DNA of 64,000 bases, taken from IMG/VR virus record IMGVR_UViG_3300027659_000028; one strand, 5' to 3'. Of this stretch, positions 51,901 through 60,557 are shown piece by piece (within the stretch, counting starts at the first letter, position 1; each line of letters opens with the position of its first letter). Made by a program: the position numbers and the translations under genes. The notes under the pieces are model-generated. The model did not search any database. It was not told where the DNA came from and was given only the letters and a program-made list of their open reading frames with translations. Source of the DNA: an uncultured virus (IMG/VR IMGVR_UViG_3300027659_000028). Taxonomy: Duplodnaviria > Heunggongvirae > Uroviricota > Caudoviricetes.

Positions 51901-54900
51901 ATCGTCCGACCGGCAAGGTTGTCCACAAGATGGTCGATGATCGCATTGCCTGTCCCGTGTCCCATTCCAAGACGGGAGTCCTTGAACCAGAAGTTCTCAC
52001 TCACCATCGACTCCTTGATGGCCGCTGTGATGCGCTCCGACTCTTCAGGGCTGACGAACGGGTTGCCGTTCTTGATCGCCTCATACGCCACGGCGACATC
52101 GTCTTGGTTCTTGAACCGGTCCGCTTCCACCACCTCGCGCTCAAACTTCATCTTGAATTCAAGCAGGTCCATGATGAACCGCTCGGAATCCGTGAAGCGA
52201 TAGCCGTTGGTCTCGGACATCTTGTTGCCGTATTCGCTGAGGAACGCCGTGTAAATCTGCCCGTGCATTTCGTCGTTGGTGTGACCCACGGCAGGGAATA
52301 GGCCTTTCAACCCTCTCTTCACCAGCTCTTCCGTCATCGCGCCATTGAACGCGTTGAACAACTCGCGGTTGACCGCTTTCTGATCATACGGGTTGGCTTC
52401 GTTGAAATCCAAGTCCTCGTTCATCCGATCTTCCATTTCGCGGATGTCGTTGTCGCTGATGCGTGGGACATCGAGACCCGTGGCCGGATCAGTGACCATG
52501 CCGCCAAATGATCTCATGCCTGTCGGATTCAACGCTTCCCTACGCTCGCGCTCGGCAATCACCTGCTCGGCATTGAACCAGCCAGCATGACGCTCGGCAC
52601 GCATGACGTCGAAGTGGAACTGCTGGCCGTCGGCAGACGAGCGACCGTTCGGTCCGTTGCTTCCAATGAACATCGCCGCAGACGTCACGCTCATCGCACG
52701 GTTGACCGCAGGACGACCAAAGGCACGCTCCGCGCTCTCACTCGGGGTTGACGCCCGACCTTCGTTGTAGGTGTCGTTGTAGCCCTCCATGGTAGGTGAG
52801 CTGGCGTTCATGAAGGAGTTGGCGACACGAGGATCGTCAGGGCTTCCAGAGAAATCGTTTGGATTGATCACCTCATCCGTGGAGCGAAGTTGGCCATCTG
52901 ATCCGGGTTTCACCCTCACGTAAGGCATCCGGCCCTCTCCATAGCTGCTCCGGTTGATGCTGTCGTAAAGCTCGGACGCCCACGTCGATCCGTAGATGTA
53001 ATTCCGGTCTTCTTCAAAATACTTCAACGTCCACGCCAACCGGTTCACAACCCGAGCGTCCGACGTCATCTCCTTGAGCTTCAGGAACGCCTTGTTGTCC
53101 GGCTCGAAGGCGGGGTCGCGCTGGTAGCGGTTGCCTTCGTATTCCACGTTTCTGTGCCACTTGTCGTTCTGGAACGCCTTCAGAGACTTCTTCAGCAGCT
53201 TGACGCCACGAGTCGCGTTCCTGAATCCCCACGGAAGGAATTGGCTCCCCTGTCCGCTGACGATTGTATTGTAGAGCTTGTTGTTGATGTCGGCCACCTT
53301 CATGGTCGAAATCTTAATCAAGTTCCCATTCTCCAGCTCAAAAAAGTCCATGAAGTCCACCTTGTCGGAAGGCATCTGGAACACCCCGTTCACGTTGTAT
53401 TTCGACTTGGTCTTGTAGTGCTGCTTGAGGTCGTTCATCACCACCCTCATTTCGTTCTGAAGGTAGGAGTCCAAGCCTCCGGTCATCTCAAACGATGTCT
53501 CGCCCGTCAGGCTGTTCCTTGTTTCCTGAAGCTTTCCAAACAACCCTTGAAGCATCGGAGTCATCCGGCCTGCAAAGCTTTGCTCGCCACCCACGGTGTC
53601 CGTGATCCGGCCTTCATACTTGCTCTTGATCTTGGCGGTCCATGAATTGATCCCCTGATACGCCTTGAGCAGAGCCAAGATGGACCCCGACTTGTCGGAC
53701 TTGCTCAGCGCGTGCTTTGCGGAGCCAAACTCCTCGCCGTCAAAATCAGGGAACGCCGAGTCCAACGACTCAAACTCCTCCTGATCGTTGTCGTTGACCT
53801 CTTTGTTGAAAAGGAAACCGCCCGTTCTTTCGTAGTCGCTGGCGCTGGTTCCAATCTCAAGCTTTCCAAGCTGGGAACTGACCCAGTAATTCAGGAACAG
53901 GTTCTTGCCCACGAAGTCGGCGTTCGACTCCATCGTTTGTTGGTAAATCTCAAGACCAGCGTTCCAGTCCTCTTGCTCTTGCGTCAGAGTTTTCCCGGCC
54001 TTTGGCCATACCGCTTTGGCTCCGTAACTGTAAACGCTCTCGCCAGCCATCAGTCCCTTGAAGACATCATCCGACCCATAAGCGTGCTCCAACGTATCAG
54101 ACAAGCTCTTGAACTCAAGCGAGCCAGCCTCACCCGTCGGGACGTTCAAGTCCGCCAAGTTGATCCCGAAGTCCTCGCTGCTCTTCCAAAACTCACCGAC
54201 GGAACGGTTTTTGACGAATTGGATGGAATCGTTGTAGTCGTCAACGGCTTGCTGAAACTCCATGTATTCCCTGTAAACCGCTTGGGCCTTGGCGCGGGCT
54301 TCAGGGTCTTGGTTCTCGTCACGCTCAAAGACGTTGTCCTGACGCTTATGGCTGATTTCCTTCTTCTTTTGAGAAGCGTCAAACTTTTCTTGAGAATAAG
54401 CACGGAGCTTTTCAATCATCTCCGTCATCTCCGCCACCTTGGACTCCTGTTCCTTTAGTCGGGCTAAAGAGTCAACCACTGGTCCTGAGAAGGTTTTCGC
54501 AAACCGCTCGTGCAAATCACCGGTAATGTAGTTCTCGGAGACAAGGAGGGATTGGAGAATAGACGTCTTGTAAGACTCAAGAGCCGCCGCAAATTCTTCT
54601 GGATTGGCCCGTTCAAGACGCTCACGTGGAGACCACTCAACAGACTGATCCACACTTGCAACCAAGGGAGACAACGCGATATTTGTCTGATCGGTGGACT
54701 TGCTTGGTCGCTTGAGATTTCCAACCGGGCGAGCAACGTCGTCAATCTCAAGATTCGTGGAGACCTTGTATTTGCCGGGCTTGAGATTCTTCCTGAATCC
54801 AACGCTGGTCAAACGTCCCCACTTCAAGAGCTCTTTGATTGACGCCGAGCCACTGACCTTGGTGTCGATGTCTTGAACGGCACGAATGGCGTGAGCATAT

Positions 54901-57900
54901 GCCTCGTTTGCCGTGCGGTTCATCTCGTCCACCGCAAGACCTCTGGCTTCCATCAAAGGAGTCAAAGGGCGCGTTGAAGATTCCTCCGCAGGCATCCCGT
55001 CCAGAATGGTGCGCCACAGCAACATGCGCTTCGCAGCGTTGGCCTCCTTGCGTTGGGTTGGGGACAGGTCGGGGTTGTTGTCGTCGCGGATGGTGTCGAA
55101 CAAATCAAGTGGATTGAAGGACAGGCTGTCCCGTCTCATCTCCATGACCTGTTGCTTCATGAAGGCCACCGTCATCGCCTGCTGGTAAGCCGGTGCCTTC
55201 CCACCCTTGTCATTCAGGTCGAACAAAAACCCTTCCACCTGCTCCATCTCCTCATCAGTCAAGGTCTTGTATTCCGCAATGTGAGCCTTGATCCGTGGAT
55301 GGAGATCCAGCGTCATGGTCTCGTGGTCGACGACCAAGGACTGACTGAGGTTCATGTGACCAAACTGCCTGCTGATCGAGCGCAGCTTCATCGCGGTCTT
55401 CGACTGGAGACGGGCAATCTTCCCGACCTCCTCCTTGAATGCCTTCTCGTAAACATCACGACGACGTTCCGCCTCCTTGGTCGCCTCGTCATAGCCGTAG
55501 TCCACGTCTCCTTGAATGCCCTCATTCCGGTAAGCCCGGTTCATGCTTGCCAACATTTCACGCGCCTGTGGCGGCAGGGTGCCTGTCTGCCACTTCATCC
55601 AGAGAATGTTCCTGACCCGTTCGGCATAGCGGCGGATCATGTGTCCAATGACGCGCAGAGGACTTTTGGAGAGGCTTCCTTGCGTCTCGTTGGCCTTGTC
55701 AAAGGCGTCCCCGTAAATGGCGTCCTGAAGCTGGCGGGAGAGAGCTGTATCGCGCTCCGTGGTCGTCCCCTTGGTCGCCATCTGGTGAAGCTTGCGGATC
55801 AGCTCCGTTGCCACCGTATAGGTGATTTCCAGTTCTTTGGCGTCCGCTCCCACCGAATCATCCATGTCCGCATCGTCAATTGACGCGTCGAGCGGCCTAC
55901 CATTGGTTCCAGTCGGAAAGCGCTCTTTCAACGTTTCTTTCAAAAGACGGGTGAACTCATGGTCCGATCCGTCTTTGTTCTTAGGCAGGTCGAGAATAGC
56001 TTTGTAAAACGACCGAAGTTCGTCGGCGGAGAAAATCTTGAATCCAATCAAGTGGGTGAGCTCTTCGTCAATCCATGCTGAAATAACCCGAGCGGCATCC
56101 ATCCCGAGCAGCGTGTTGGACGCGGAATCGTTGGTGTTGGCTGTCCGGTAAATCTTGGCGAGCTGCACAGCCATCTTGGCGTAGTCCACCTTGATCGTGC
56201 CATACTCGGTTGAATCGACGTTTGGCTCAGCGTAAAGGAAGCTGTCACCGCTCATCTCCTCCTTGACGACCTTGAAGGTCTTCTTCGGAGACACCACCTT
56301 CATCACCTTGGCGAACAGCTTCTCCATGTTCTCTGGAGTGATGTCTCCTTTGGCAATGCTCTTGAAGTGTTTCTGAACCTCCTTGGCAACGTTAGCAAGC
56401 AAGGAGCGGGTGTATTTGTTTCCTTGGTTTATCAGACCTTTGTCGGTGATGAGGTCGCCAGCAGCTTCGGCAGTGGTTTTCTTGGAGAACTCCCAACGTC
56501 CATTTACCACATTCGTCACCTGAAGAAACTCGTCAGGCTTGCCCTCAATCGCCACCACCTCGCCAATCGACAATGACAGCGAGCTGCCAGTAGGCGGACG
56601 GTAGCTGTAAACAACCTCCTTGGTTTCCGAGACGTCCATCGTCCAGTTGCCGCCAATCGAGTCGTCACCTCCCTTGATCAACTCCGGGTCGGCGACGTAA
56701 ACCACATCCTGATAAACCGTCGAAGCCGCATTGTCCGCTGTCTTGTCCTGCGTCTTCAGGGCGTCGGCTTTGGAATGGCCAGCAAGACGGGCCTGCATGG
56801 ACTTGATGGCGACAGAACGAGTGCCGCCCCCCTTGGACAACTCATTGTCAATCGCTTCGTCGGTGACGTAGGTTTTGCCGTTCTTGGCGACGGGTTTGAA
56901 GACGCCGTTGTCATGGATGTAGTTCGGATCGTTTTCACCCAATGGCGGAAGCCCGCGCTGGATGTCGCTTCCAAGCTTGTTGCGGACCACCTCCCGGTCG
57001 TTGTTGGTAGGTGTGGCTGGAGCTGCCGGGGTGGATTCCTCGGCAGCTCCTTCGTTCAGCAGCCCTTGCCTTTTGGCTTCGACATCGGCATCGGCTTTCC
57101 TTTTGGCATCGGTTTCGCTTTGGTTTTCATCGGTTGGTGGTGTTGGTTTCTTGGTTTCTTCCGCCGGAGTGGCGGAAGGAGTTGGGCCGGTCGTCGGGGC
57201 GTCGGGTGAATTCGTTTCTTTTCTCGCGGTTTTGAGTTTTGTGACCTTGCCCCCGAATATCGTGAGAACCGTTCTTGGTGCATGACTACCTCCAGTTGCA
57301 AACTTCCCGTCACCAATACTCCACCATACCACGCCTTGCTCGTCGATGATTTCTTCAGCCTGCGAAGCCTGTTCTAGTATCTGTGCTTCGAACGATTTCC
57401 GCTTTTTACTTAGTTCCACCGCCGCCTGTTCACGGGTAAGGCCTTCCGCCATTCGCTTTTTGGTATATTCGCGGCCGTCTTTCAGCTCATTGGGTAATTG
57501 TGGGACAGCATCCCCGATATTTAATGGCGTTTGTGGCGTGGCGGAGGGAGCTTCTTTAACCGGGCTAACTTCAGATGGAGATAAGTCAATTTCGTTGTCG
57601 CTCAGCCCTTCACTAGATGCCACAGCGCCTGCGCTTGATGTCTTGAGAGATGCGCCAGCACTTGCAGCTTCGCCACCGCTGTTTCCTTCGGCATCTCGAA
57701 CATCGGCCAAATCTTCTTCGCCGGTAACGGTGATTTCTGCATCAGTTGTTGGATTTGCTCCATCTTGTTCGGACCATTCATCGTGGTAGGTTGTGTCGTT
57801 TGCATTGGTTGAAAATTTATCTGACCATCGTTTGGCCATGCTGGCGTCTTTCGGCTTGATCACCTGCTTCACCGTTCTGAGCGCGGTGGCGGCTTGAGGC

Positions 57901-60539
57901 GGACTGAGATACTCGGTAGTGACGGTGCCGTCTGGATTGACCGTTTCCTTCTTGGCGGCGACGTAGGTGGCCAAGCTCCGTCCTTCCCCGGACGGGACAG
58001 ACATCGGAGTGATGGTGACGTTGTTGGCAATCTTCAATGGCGTCGCACCTTCGGTCGGGACCATGGCGATATCCGCCCGCCATTTCTTGCCAGTGGGGGC
58101 GGTGATGCTGGAAGAACTCAAGACATCGCCAAGTGTGCCCACTGGAGGGGGTGTTGCTGCGACTCCCTGTGCCGCAGGAGGCTCTTGAATTGGATTGGTG
58201 GCACTTGGTGCCGCAGGTGGCGTCGTGGTGGCAGACGTGGGCTCTGGTGCCACGGAAGGGATTGGAGCTGTTGTGGGCGTTACAGCGCCAACGAAGTCCG
58301 CGTTGATCGACTGGCCGCGTGCTAGAGCCAACAACGCCTTTGACTTCTGCTCCACCGACACCTTGTCGTCTGGCATCGCAATGTATTCCGCCATGTTCTT
58401 GGCTCCTGACGCAGTGCCCTTGAACTCGTATTGGTCCAAACTCTGGAAAGTTTCCACCTTGGTCTTTAGCTGGTCCCACGCGGCCTTCTGGATGTCGTAG
58501 CCCTCGCTTTTGCCGAAGGTTCCCTTGGCATCCATCACCGTCCCGGACGCATCCCCCATCGCACCACCCACCGCACCCAAGATACCGGCCTTGACGTATT
58601 CCTTCCACTTGGTGCCGATGTTGCCCCAAACGTCTTCGGTCCACGTCTTGGAGTCGTCGAGCATCGAGCTGATGACGTCGGAGATGATCTCGTCAGAGGA
58701 CTCCTCCACCGCTTCAGCGCCCATGTTGCCGAGCACTCCAACACCTTTCAAACCAAGCTGTTTGGCGGACGTGTTCATCACGCCTTTCAGATCCTTGGCG
58801 AACTGCGTGCGAAGAGAGGCTCCCGCATCACCACCCAAGTCGGAGATGGTTTTCTGGACGGCCTCCATGCTCTCACGAGTGAGGGCCTTGTTCTTGAGAT
58901 TCTGGATGAACCCACCACCCACTGCGCCATCACCCATCCCGAACGCCTTGCCCATACCGGGGGCGACACGGTTCATGACACTGGTGGCGATGAACGCACT
59001 GAGACCGTCTGACGTCGCTTCGATGTTCGCCGCCTTTAACGCCTTCTCGCGGTCGCCGTGAAGGTTCATCTCTTGGTTGAACGTCTTGCCGAAGCTAGTA
59101 CCTGACGCCTGAAGCGAGCCAAGCCACACCTCCGGATCGGTGCCAATAGATTTTAGCCCGGCTAAAGTCTTTTCCCCGAGAGTGCGTGTTCCGGCAGCGG
59201 CAGCGGCTTCGGTCTTGGCGACCGTGGACAGCAGGACACCCGCCTCGTTGACCGCATAACGACTCGCGCCCGCAGCCCCAACCTTGGTCAAACCCTTGCC
59301 CGCCAACGCGCCCATCCCACCCATCGCGACGAACGAGCCAATCTGTCCGGTGAGCTCGGTCAAGTCGCGGCGATTGATGTCAACGCCAAACAACTCGAAC
59401 GCCTTACCATTGGAGTAAGCACCCGCCGTGTCTTCGGCCAAACCTCCCCAAGCTTCCGCAGGCGACGTGTAGTTGCCCGCAGACGCCAGCCACAAGGCAC
59501 CAGTCCCCGTCGCCATCATCGCGTCGCGGAACGTCGCCGCGATCTCGGAGCCGACGCCGTAGGAGTCCTTGTCCATCCGGTCCTTGTTGGCCTTCAAAAA
59601 CTCGTAGCCACTGGCTCCGGGCTTCTTCATCGCCTCCATGAACTCGTCCCGCAGCGGAGAGCTCACGATGGAGCCCAAGACGCCCGCGTCCGCCGCAGCG
59701 AACTGGTTGACCGTCTTGCCGATGTTCTCCTCCACCTTCGAACGGTAGTCGATGAGCATCATCTTCTTGTCCGCAGCGGAAAGGTCCAAACCGTTGATGG
59801 CGGCTTCCATCTTGTCGATTTGGTTGAAATTCTTCGGGTTCATCACATACTGATCCCTGACCTTACCAATCATCACCTCGTCACCCAACGACGACGGGTC
59901 AAAGGTGCGCTTCGCCGACTCGGCGTAGAACGCTTTCTCCATCTCCTTGTTCTCAGGATCAAGGTGGGCCTCGCCGTTCTTCACCTCGGCGTTGGCGAAG
60001 TCGGTGTATTCCTTGTAGGTTAAAGACGGGGACTCCCCCTCCTTGGTGATCTTCTGCCTCTCTTGGATGTAAGCTCCCATGTCCGAGAACCGGTCGGGCT
60101 GCTTCTCTCTCTTCTGTGTGAGAATGTTTTCAAGAGCAGGGTTGACCTCCCACTCCCGAGTTTCAGGGTTGCGTCTCACGCCACCACCCGGCAATGAAGC
60201 CGCCACTTCCAAATACTCTTTAGCCCGGCTAAAACGTTCCTTGCCATCCTCCGTCAATCCTCCAGCAGTATTGAACATGGGGACCTCAGCCTCCACCTCC
60301 TCGGAGACACCCGCATCGTTTTTGCGCCGAACCAGCCCTTTGATTTTTTTGGTCTTGTCCGCTTCTTCAGTTGTCGCCCAATCCAAAAACCCTTCCCCTG
60401 CCGTGGCTTTTTGATCCAAGCTGTCAATGTATTGAGCCGAAAGGAGGTAGTCGTTCAAAGAGGACGTCAACTCGTTCTGCACCGGAGAGTCGGTGGGAAA
60501 AAGAGACTCGTCGCCGGTGTTCAGATTGTTGAAATCCAT
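45993..60539 (-). CDS. giant (4848 aa) probable internal virion / ejection polyprotein
   Basis: single 14.5-kb ORF, last of three consecutive genes in the T7 gp14-16-like position; Gly/Ala-rich hydrophobic helices near the N-terminus; EELTH zincin-like motif. Confidence 0.75.
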   Translation of the reverse strand: MDFNNLNTGDESLFPTDSPVQNELTSSLNDYLLSAQYIDSLDQKATAGEGFLDWATTEEADKTKKIKGLVRRKNDAGVSEEVEAEVPMFNTAGGLTEDGKERFSRAKEYLEVAASLPGGGVRRNPETREWEVNPALENILTQKREKQPDRFSDMGAYIQERQKITKEGESPSLTYKEYTDFANAEVKNGEAHLDPENKEMEKAFYAESAKRTFDPSSLGDEVMIGKVRDQYVMNPKNFNQIDKMEAAINGLDLSAADKKMMLIDYRSKVEENIGKTVNQFAAADAGVLGSIVSSPLRDEFMEAMKKPGASGYEFLKANKDRMDKDSYGVGSEIAATFRDAMMATGTGALWLASAGNYTSPAEAWGGLAEDTAGAYSNGKAFELFGVDINRRDLTELTGQIGSFVAMGGMGALAGKGLTKVGAAGASRYAVNEAGVLLSTVAKTEAAAAAGTRTLGEKTLAGLKSIGTDPEVWLGSLQASGTSFGKTFNQEMNLHGDREKALKAANIEATSDGLSAFIATSVMNRVAPGMGKAFGMGDGAVGGGFIQNLKNKALTRESMEAVQKTISDLGGDAGASLRTQFAKDLKGVMNTSAKQLGLKGVGVLGNMGAEAVEESSDEIISDVISSMLDDSKTWTEDVWGNIGTKWKEYVKAGILGAVGGAMGDASGTVMDAKGTFGKSEGYDIQKAAWDQLKTKVETFQSLDQYEFKGTASGAKNMAEYIAMPDDKVSVEQKSKALLALARGQSINADFVGAVTPTTAPIPSVAPEPTSATTTPPAAPSATNPIQEPPAAQGVAATPPPVGTLGDVLSSSSITAPTGKKWRADIAMVPTEGATPLKIANNVTITPMSVPSGEGRSLATYVAAKKETVNPDGTVTTEYLSPPQAATALRTVKQVIKPKDASMAKRWSDKFSTNANDTTYHDEWSEQDGANPTTDAEITVTGEEDLADVRDAEGNSGGEAASAGASLKTSSAGAVASSEGLSDNEIDLSPSEVSPVKEAPSATPQTPLNIGDAVPQLPNELKDGREYTKKRMAEGLTREQAAVELSKKRKSFEAQILEQASQAEEIIDEQGVVWWSIGDGKFATGGSHAPRTVLTIFGGKVTKLKTARKETNSPDAPTTGPTPSATPAEETKKPTPPTDENQSETDAKRKADADVEAKRQGLLNEGAAEESTPAAPATPTNNDREVVRNKLGSDIQRGLPPLGENDPNYIHDNGVFKPVAKNGKTYVTDEAIDNELSKGGGTRSVAIKSMQARLAGHSKADALKTQDKTADNAASTVYQDVVYVADPELIKGGDDSIGGNWTMDVSETKEVVYSYRPPTGSSLSLSIGEVVAIEGKPDEFLQVTNVVNGRWEFSKKTTAEAAGDLITDKGLINQGNKYTRSLLANVAKEVQKHFKSIAKGDITPENMEKLFAKVMKVVSPKKTFKVVKEEMSGDSFLYAEPNVDSTEYGTIKVDYAKMAVQLAKIYRTANTNDSASNTLLGMDAARVISAWIDEELTHLIGFKIFSADELRSFYKAILDLPKNKDGSDHEFTRLLKETLKERFPTGTNGRPLDASIDDADMDDSVGADAKELEITYTVATELIRKLHQMATKGTTTERDTALSRQLQDAIYGDAFDKANETQGSLSKSPLRVIGHMIRRYAERVRNILWMKWQTGTLPPQAREMLASMNRAYRNEGIQGDVDYGYDEATKEAERRRDVYEKAFKEEVGKIARLQSKTAMKLRSISRQFGHMNLSQSLVVDHETMTLDLHPRIKAHIAEYKTLTDEEMEQVEGFLFDLNDKGGKAPAYQQAMTVAFMKQQVMEMRRDSLSFNPLDLFDTIRDDNNPDLSPTQRKEANAAKRMLLWRTILDGMPAEESSTRPLTPLMEARGLAVDEMNRTANEAYAHAIRAVQDIDTKVSGSASIKELLKWGRLTSVGFRKNLKPGKYKVSTNLEIDDVARPVGNLKRPSKSTDQTNIALSPLVASVDQSVEWSPRERLERANPEEFAAALESYKTSILQSLLVSENYITGDLHERFAKTFSGPVVDSLARLKEQESKVAEMTEMIEKLRAYSQEKFDASQKKKEISHKRQDNVFERDENQDPEARAKAQAVYREYMEFQQAVDDYNDSIQFVKNRSVGEFWKSSEDFGINLADLNVPTGEAGSLEFKSLSDTLEHAYGSDDVFKGLMAGESVYSYGAKAVWPKAGKTLTQEQEDWNAGLEIYQQTMESNADFVGKNLFLNYWVSSQLGKLEIGTSASDYERTGGFLFNKEVNDNDQEEFESLDSAFPDFDGEEFGSAKHALSKSDKSGSILALLKAYQGINSWTAKIKSKYEGRITDTVGGEQSFAGRMTPMLQGLFGKLQETRNSLTGETSFEMTGGLDSYLQNEMRVVMNDLKQHYKTKSKYNVNGVFQMPSDKVDFMDFFELENGNLIKISTMKVADINNKLYNTIVSGQGSQFLPWGFRNATRGVKLLKKSLKAFQNDKWHRNVEYEGNRYQRDPAFEPDNKAFLKLKEMTSDARVVNRLAWTLKYFEEDRNYIYGSTWASELYDSINRSSYGEGRMPYVRVKPGSDGQLRSTDEVINPNDFSGSPDDPRVANSFMNASSPTMEGYNDTYNEGRASTPSESAERAFGRPAVNRAMSVTSAAMFIGSNGPNGRSSADGQQFHFDVMRAERHAGWFNAEQVIAERERREALNPTGMRSFGGMVTDPATGLDVPRISDNDIREMEDRMNEDLDFNEANPYDQKAVNRELFNAFNGAMTEELVKRGLKGLFPAVGHTNDEMHGQIYTAFLSEYGNKMSETNGYRFTDSERFIMDLLEFKMKFEREVVEADRFKNQDDVAVAYEAIKNGNPFVSPEESERITAAIKESMVSENFWFKDSRLGMGHGTGNAIIDHLVDNLAGRTIVAHIQSDVANRNGLQSLGVQIFKGKPADKKAKTPATPNVVILPLNQNGPYVSKDKARSVISQLLSISAENDPSVKTTLIELALKIDTELKPVAVVEGRVITRRSQPGKRTFVANKSQVLDALDRMAAIRADFDIVSRSLSFPDIEPATADAIITISAFLTDDKAKTFLDESFKTREDKLETTLPVQIQDDLMKAIWSIRQSKLDDPGRFGDETENSIYEVEEEPVDSEEDEMDEENASTSSPDAMIEIDDATERNDELSGLFDNTELDEFQREMNEIGEEENKARTVMSQADFSQNDRSDNLLYNALASIVLAGKQFNGVESDAFLDELRTRADGKGRSTNEILRDQGKRVYTDKNNKELQMLSSPVIKTNSKEDKSTGPAKELTRMQKVARIYVGSALTLTMPNANGRTRLTSGFYGTRIKRINAGLLYNTGSVEAMVEEQMTLSIKNALLAKAAENKTHNQPNDSMADMKFGHQELDVVVNDQLIADLKVALPRNAMEIAEREARALVKSHEDNKARFEEVLAGLKTTRAEAVVLNAENVRKYWAGTESALPDKNGKRNGKKLSVDVMSNAMSRENAELAKAESVVLAGKLRVLDRQIARVEKDLRAVNAELSKVENYTGGSYVGQSFFKGDIGVGRVTKGDVLVSEGVEPVSRTIGFHLFLTPEFTESKNADGTNTVGGDKTKWNDLSSDESMADAEIKARRKEHYIKETAVLNALTNLSKDHIDDNYKIARNTQDNFQNFNPLKVIRQAIKMTEVEEVVLRDNMGQARSDAEQAMMRGLEAEHVAMLVDPASAEFQLLTPNQQTRLTILNMPKSMKERSEKIGSLFSQEGQDVIMVATTAREQLMRSFPSRVTKRNSNTVLGHIASHALAIAADDHSYFMDTMDGIKGESFNSDEFSLTKGKTLTKDQAAKTFSNEFTRKMQVFLDGIRNDMKADGTKKVDMSRRVSQAALAGAIHKIEGIVMAYNDSAGVLSDDTKKAVKAFLESISENDGRSFTNIAAAKQWGAGWDVDNMIGFKTEEIFSKVFMEVETDLILQRLTTSMTIHNSKTSLFFMEYLDHHDARMKKRFQKTRAGRQAAIHLRTLLDRGIDGKSGRHGYERSKKVAQEEIAQAAKQVGHNAQDQSIGYFIALLDGLVNAHGLTYAKAFNEWIKQAKTGFAQYDEFAQAQDDYYGKNDISRYWNAGHLDLIRDRELTEKMRSILTSAKVNATFTDDVEARAEVEKIKATLRKNVSSGKEAAVDHYAKTIGDVLGDIDSAMHFTQAMLSKPESADDFATSSKWRDKKLNAYKTTYSSVPMSIAYAGNPAGKEDIRQGEYVSDPMDIVSFDEASFFGGIGHSSRLFDDKSVFRPISVNGLSAPQSLVDDAIYRLNVTPTYEVLRRSIGKVKDVSGQLNIEDSGMLAILEAQKPDPLLPNRELREAEHEHKQNIVAATTALAFVANELEVAIRNDFQTGAVNTGGSETLRFLSSAFIVRSLASVQQITDQSVGPSIGYTLGKLAVGKPGMVKNYFRLVAKYLTDSKFREKARQLVMDNDVMVYYRSLDGREVLRDVTRGQKRYGSKVVKNTLGKAIRTYEKVGEDALDFTIGKMERALATSVFIAELMDHTNVTDENELFKGNVSLQDMDIVNSRLKVNEMFGQSDHSNKAWMFQSRDHSPFVSALWKALTLFSNHTSSTASNMSVQFPQAINPLLRKAGFKKIEVIDEATHKEALENVVATFVQNALFPILKWKVAVSIVSWVIARVFMGDDEDEAVIHAQEMANNILAPSEDGNAVANFLKIVAVGKERELFRSDLEPDAAFASALAEIFNKTLLESATMIPVGGVAAGYSPVSNLLEKFITNDAAESIVTMVTNGYRGITGNDEMLEKSRFYFDDDGVMARQYEAGAFENAMGVTAATSAVYDMSSAMKLLAEYNMTDEAASNRMSSASNSAMYALTELAPFMRDARGHFKSVLRKPVKEEKRESY
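57056..57130 (-). CDS. candidate overprinted basic peptide (24 aa)
   Basis: MKTKAKPMPKGKPMPMSKPKGKGC in an alternative frame of the giant gene, C/A-rich start context. Confidence 0.45.
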   Translation of the reverse strand: MKTKAKPMPKGKPMPMSKPKGKGC

Positions 60540-60557
60540 AGGGGTGTGTTGAAAATA

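Noticed and set aside
53730..53756. PDFDGE in the giant protein as an RNA polymerase DxDGD motif
   Set aside because: Third acidic residue is Glu, it lies in a low-complexity acidic patch, and I see no supporting motifs; needs structure prediction.
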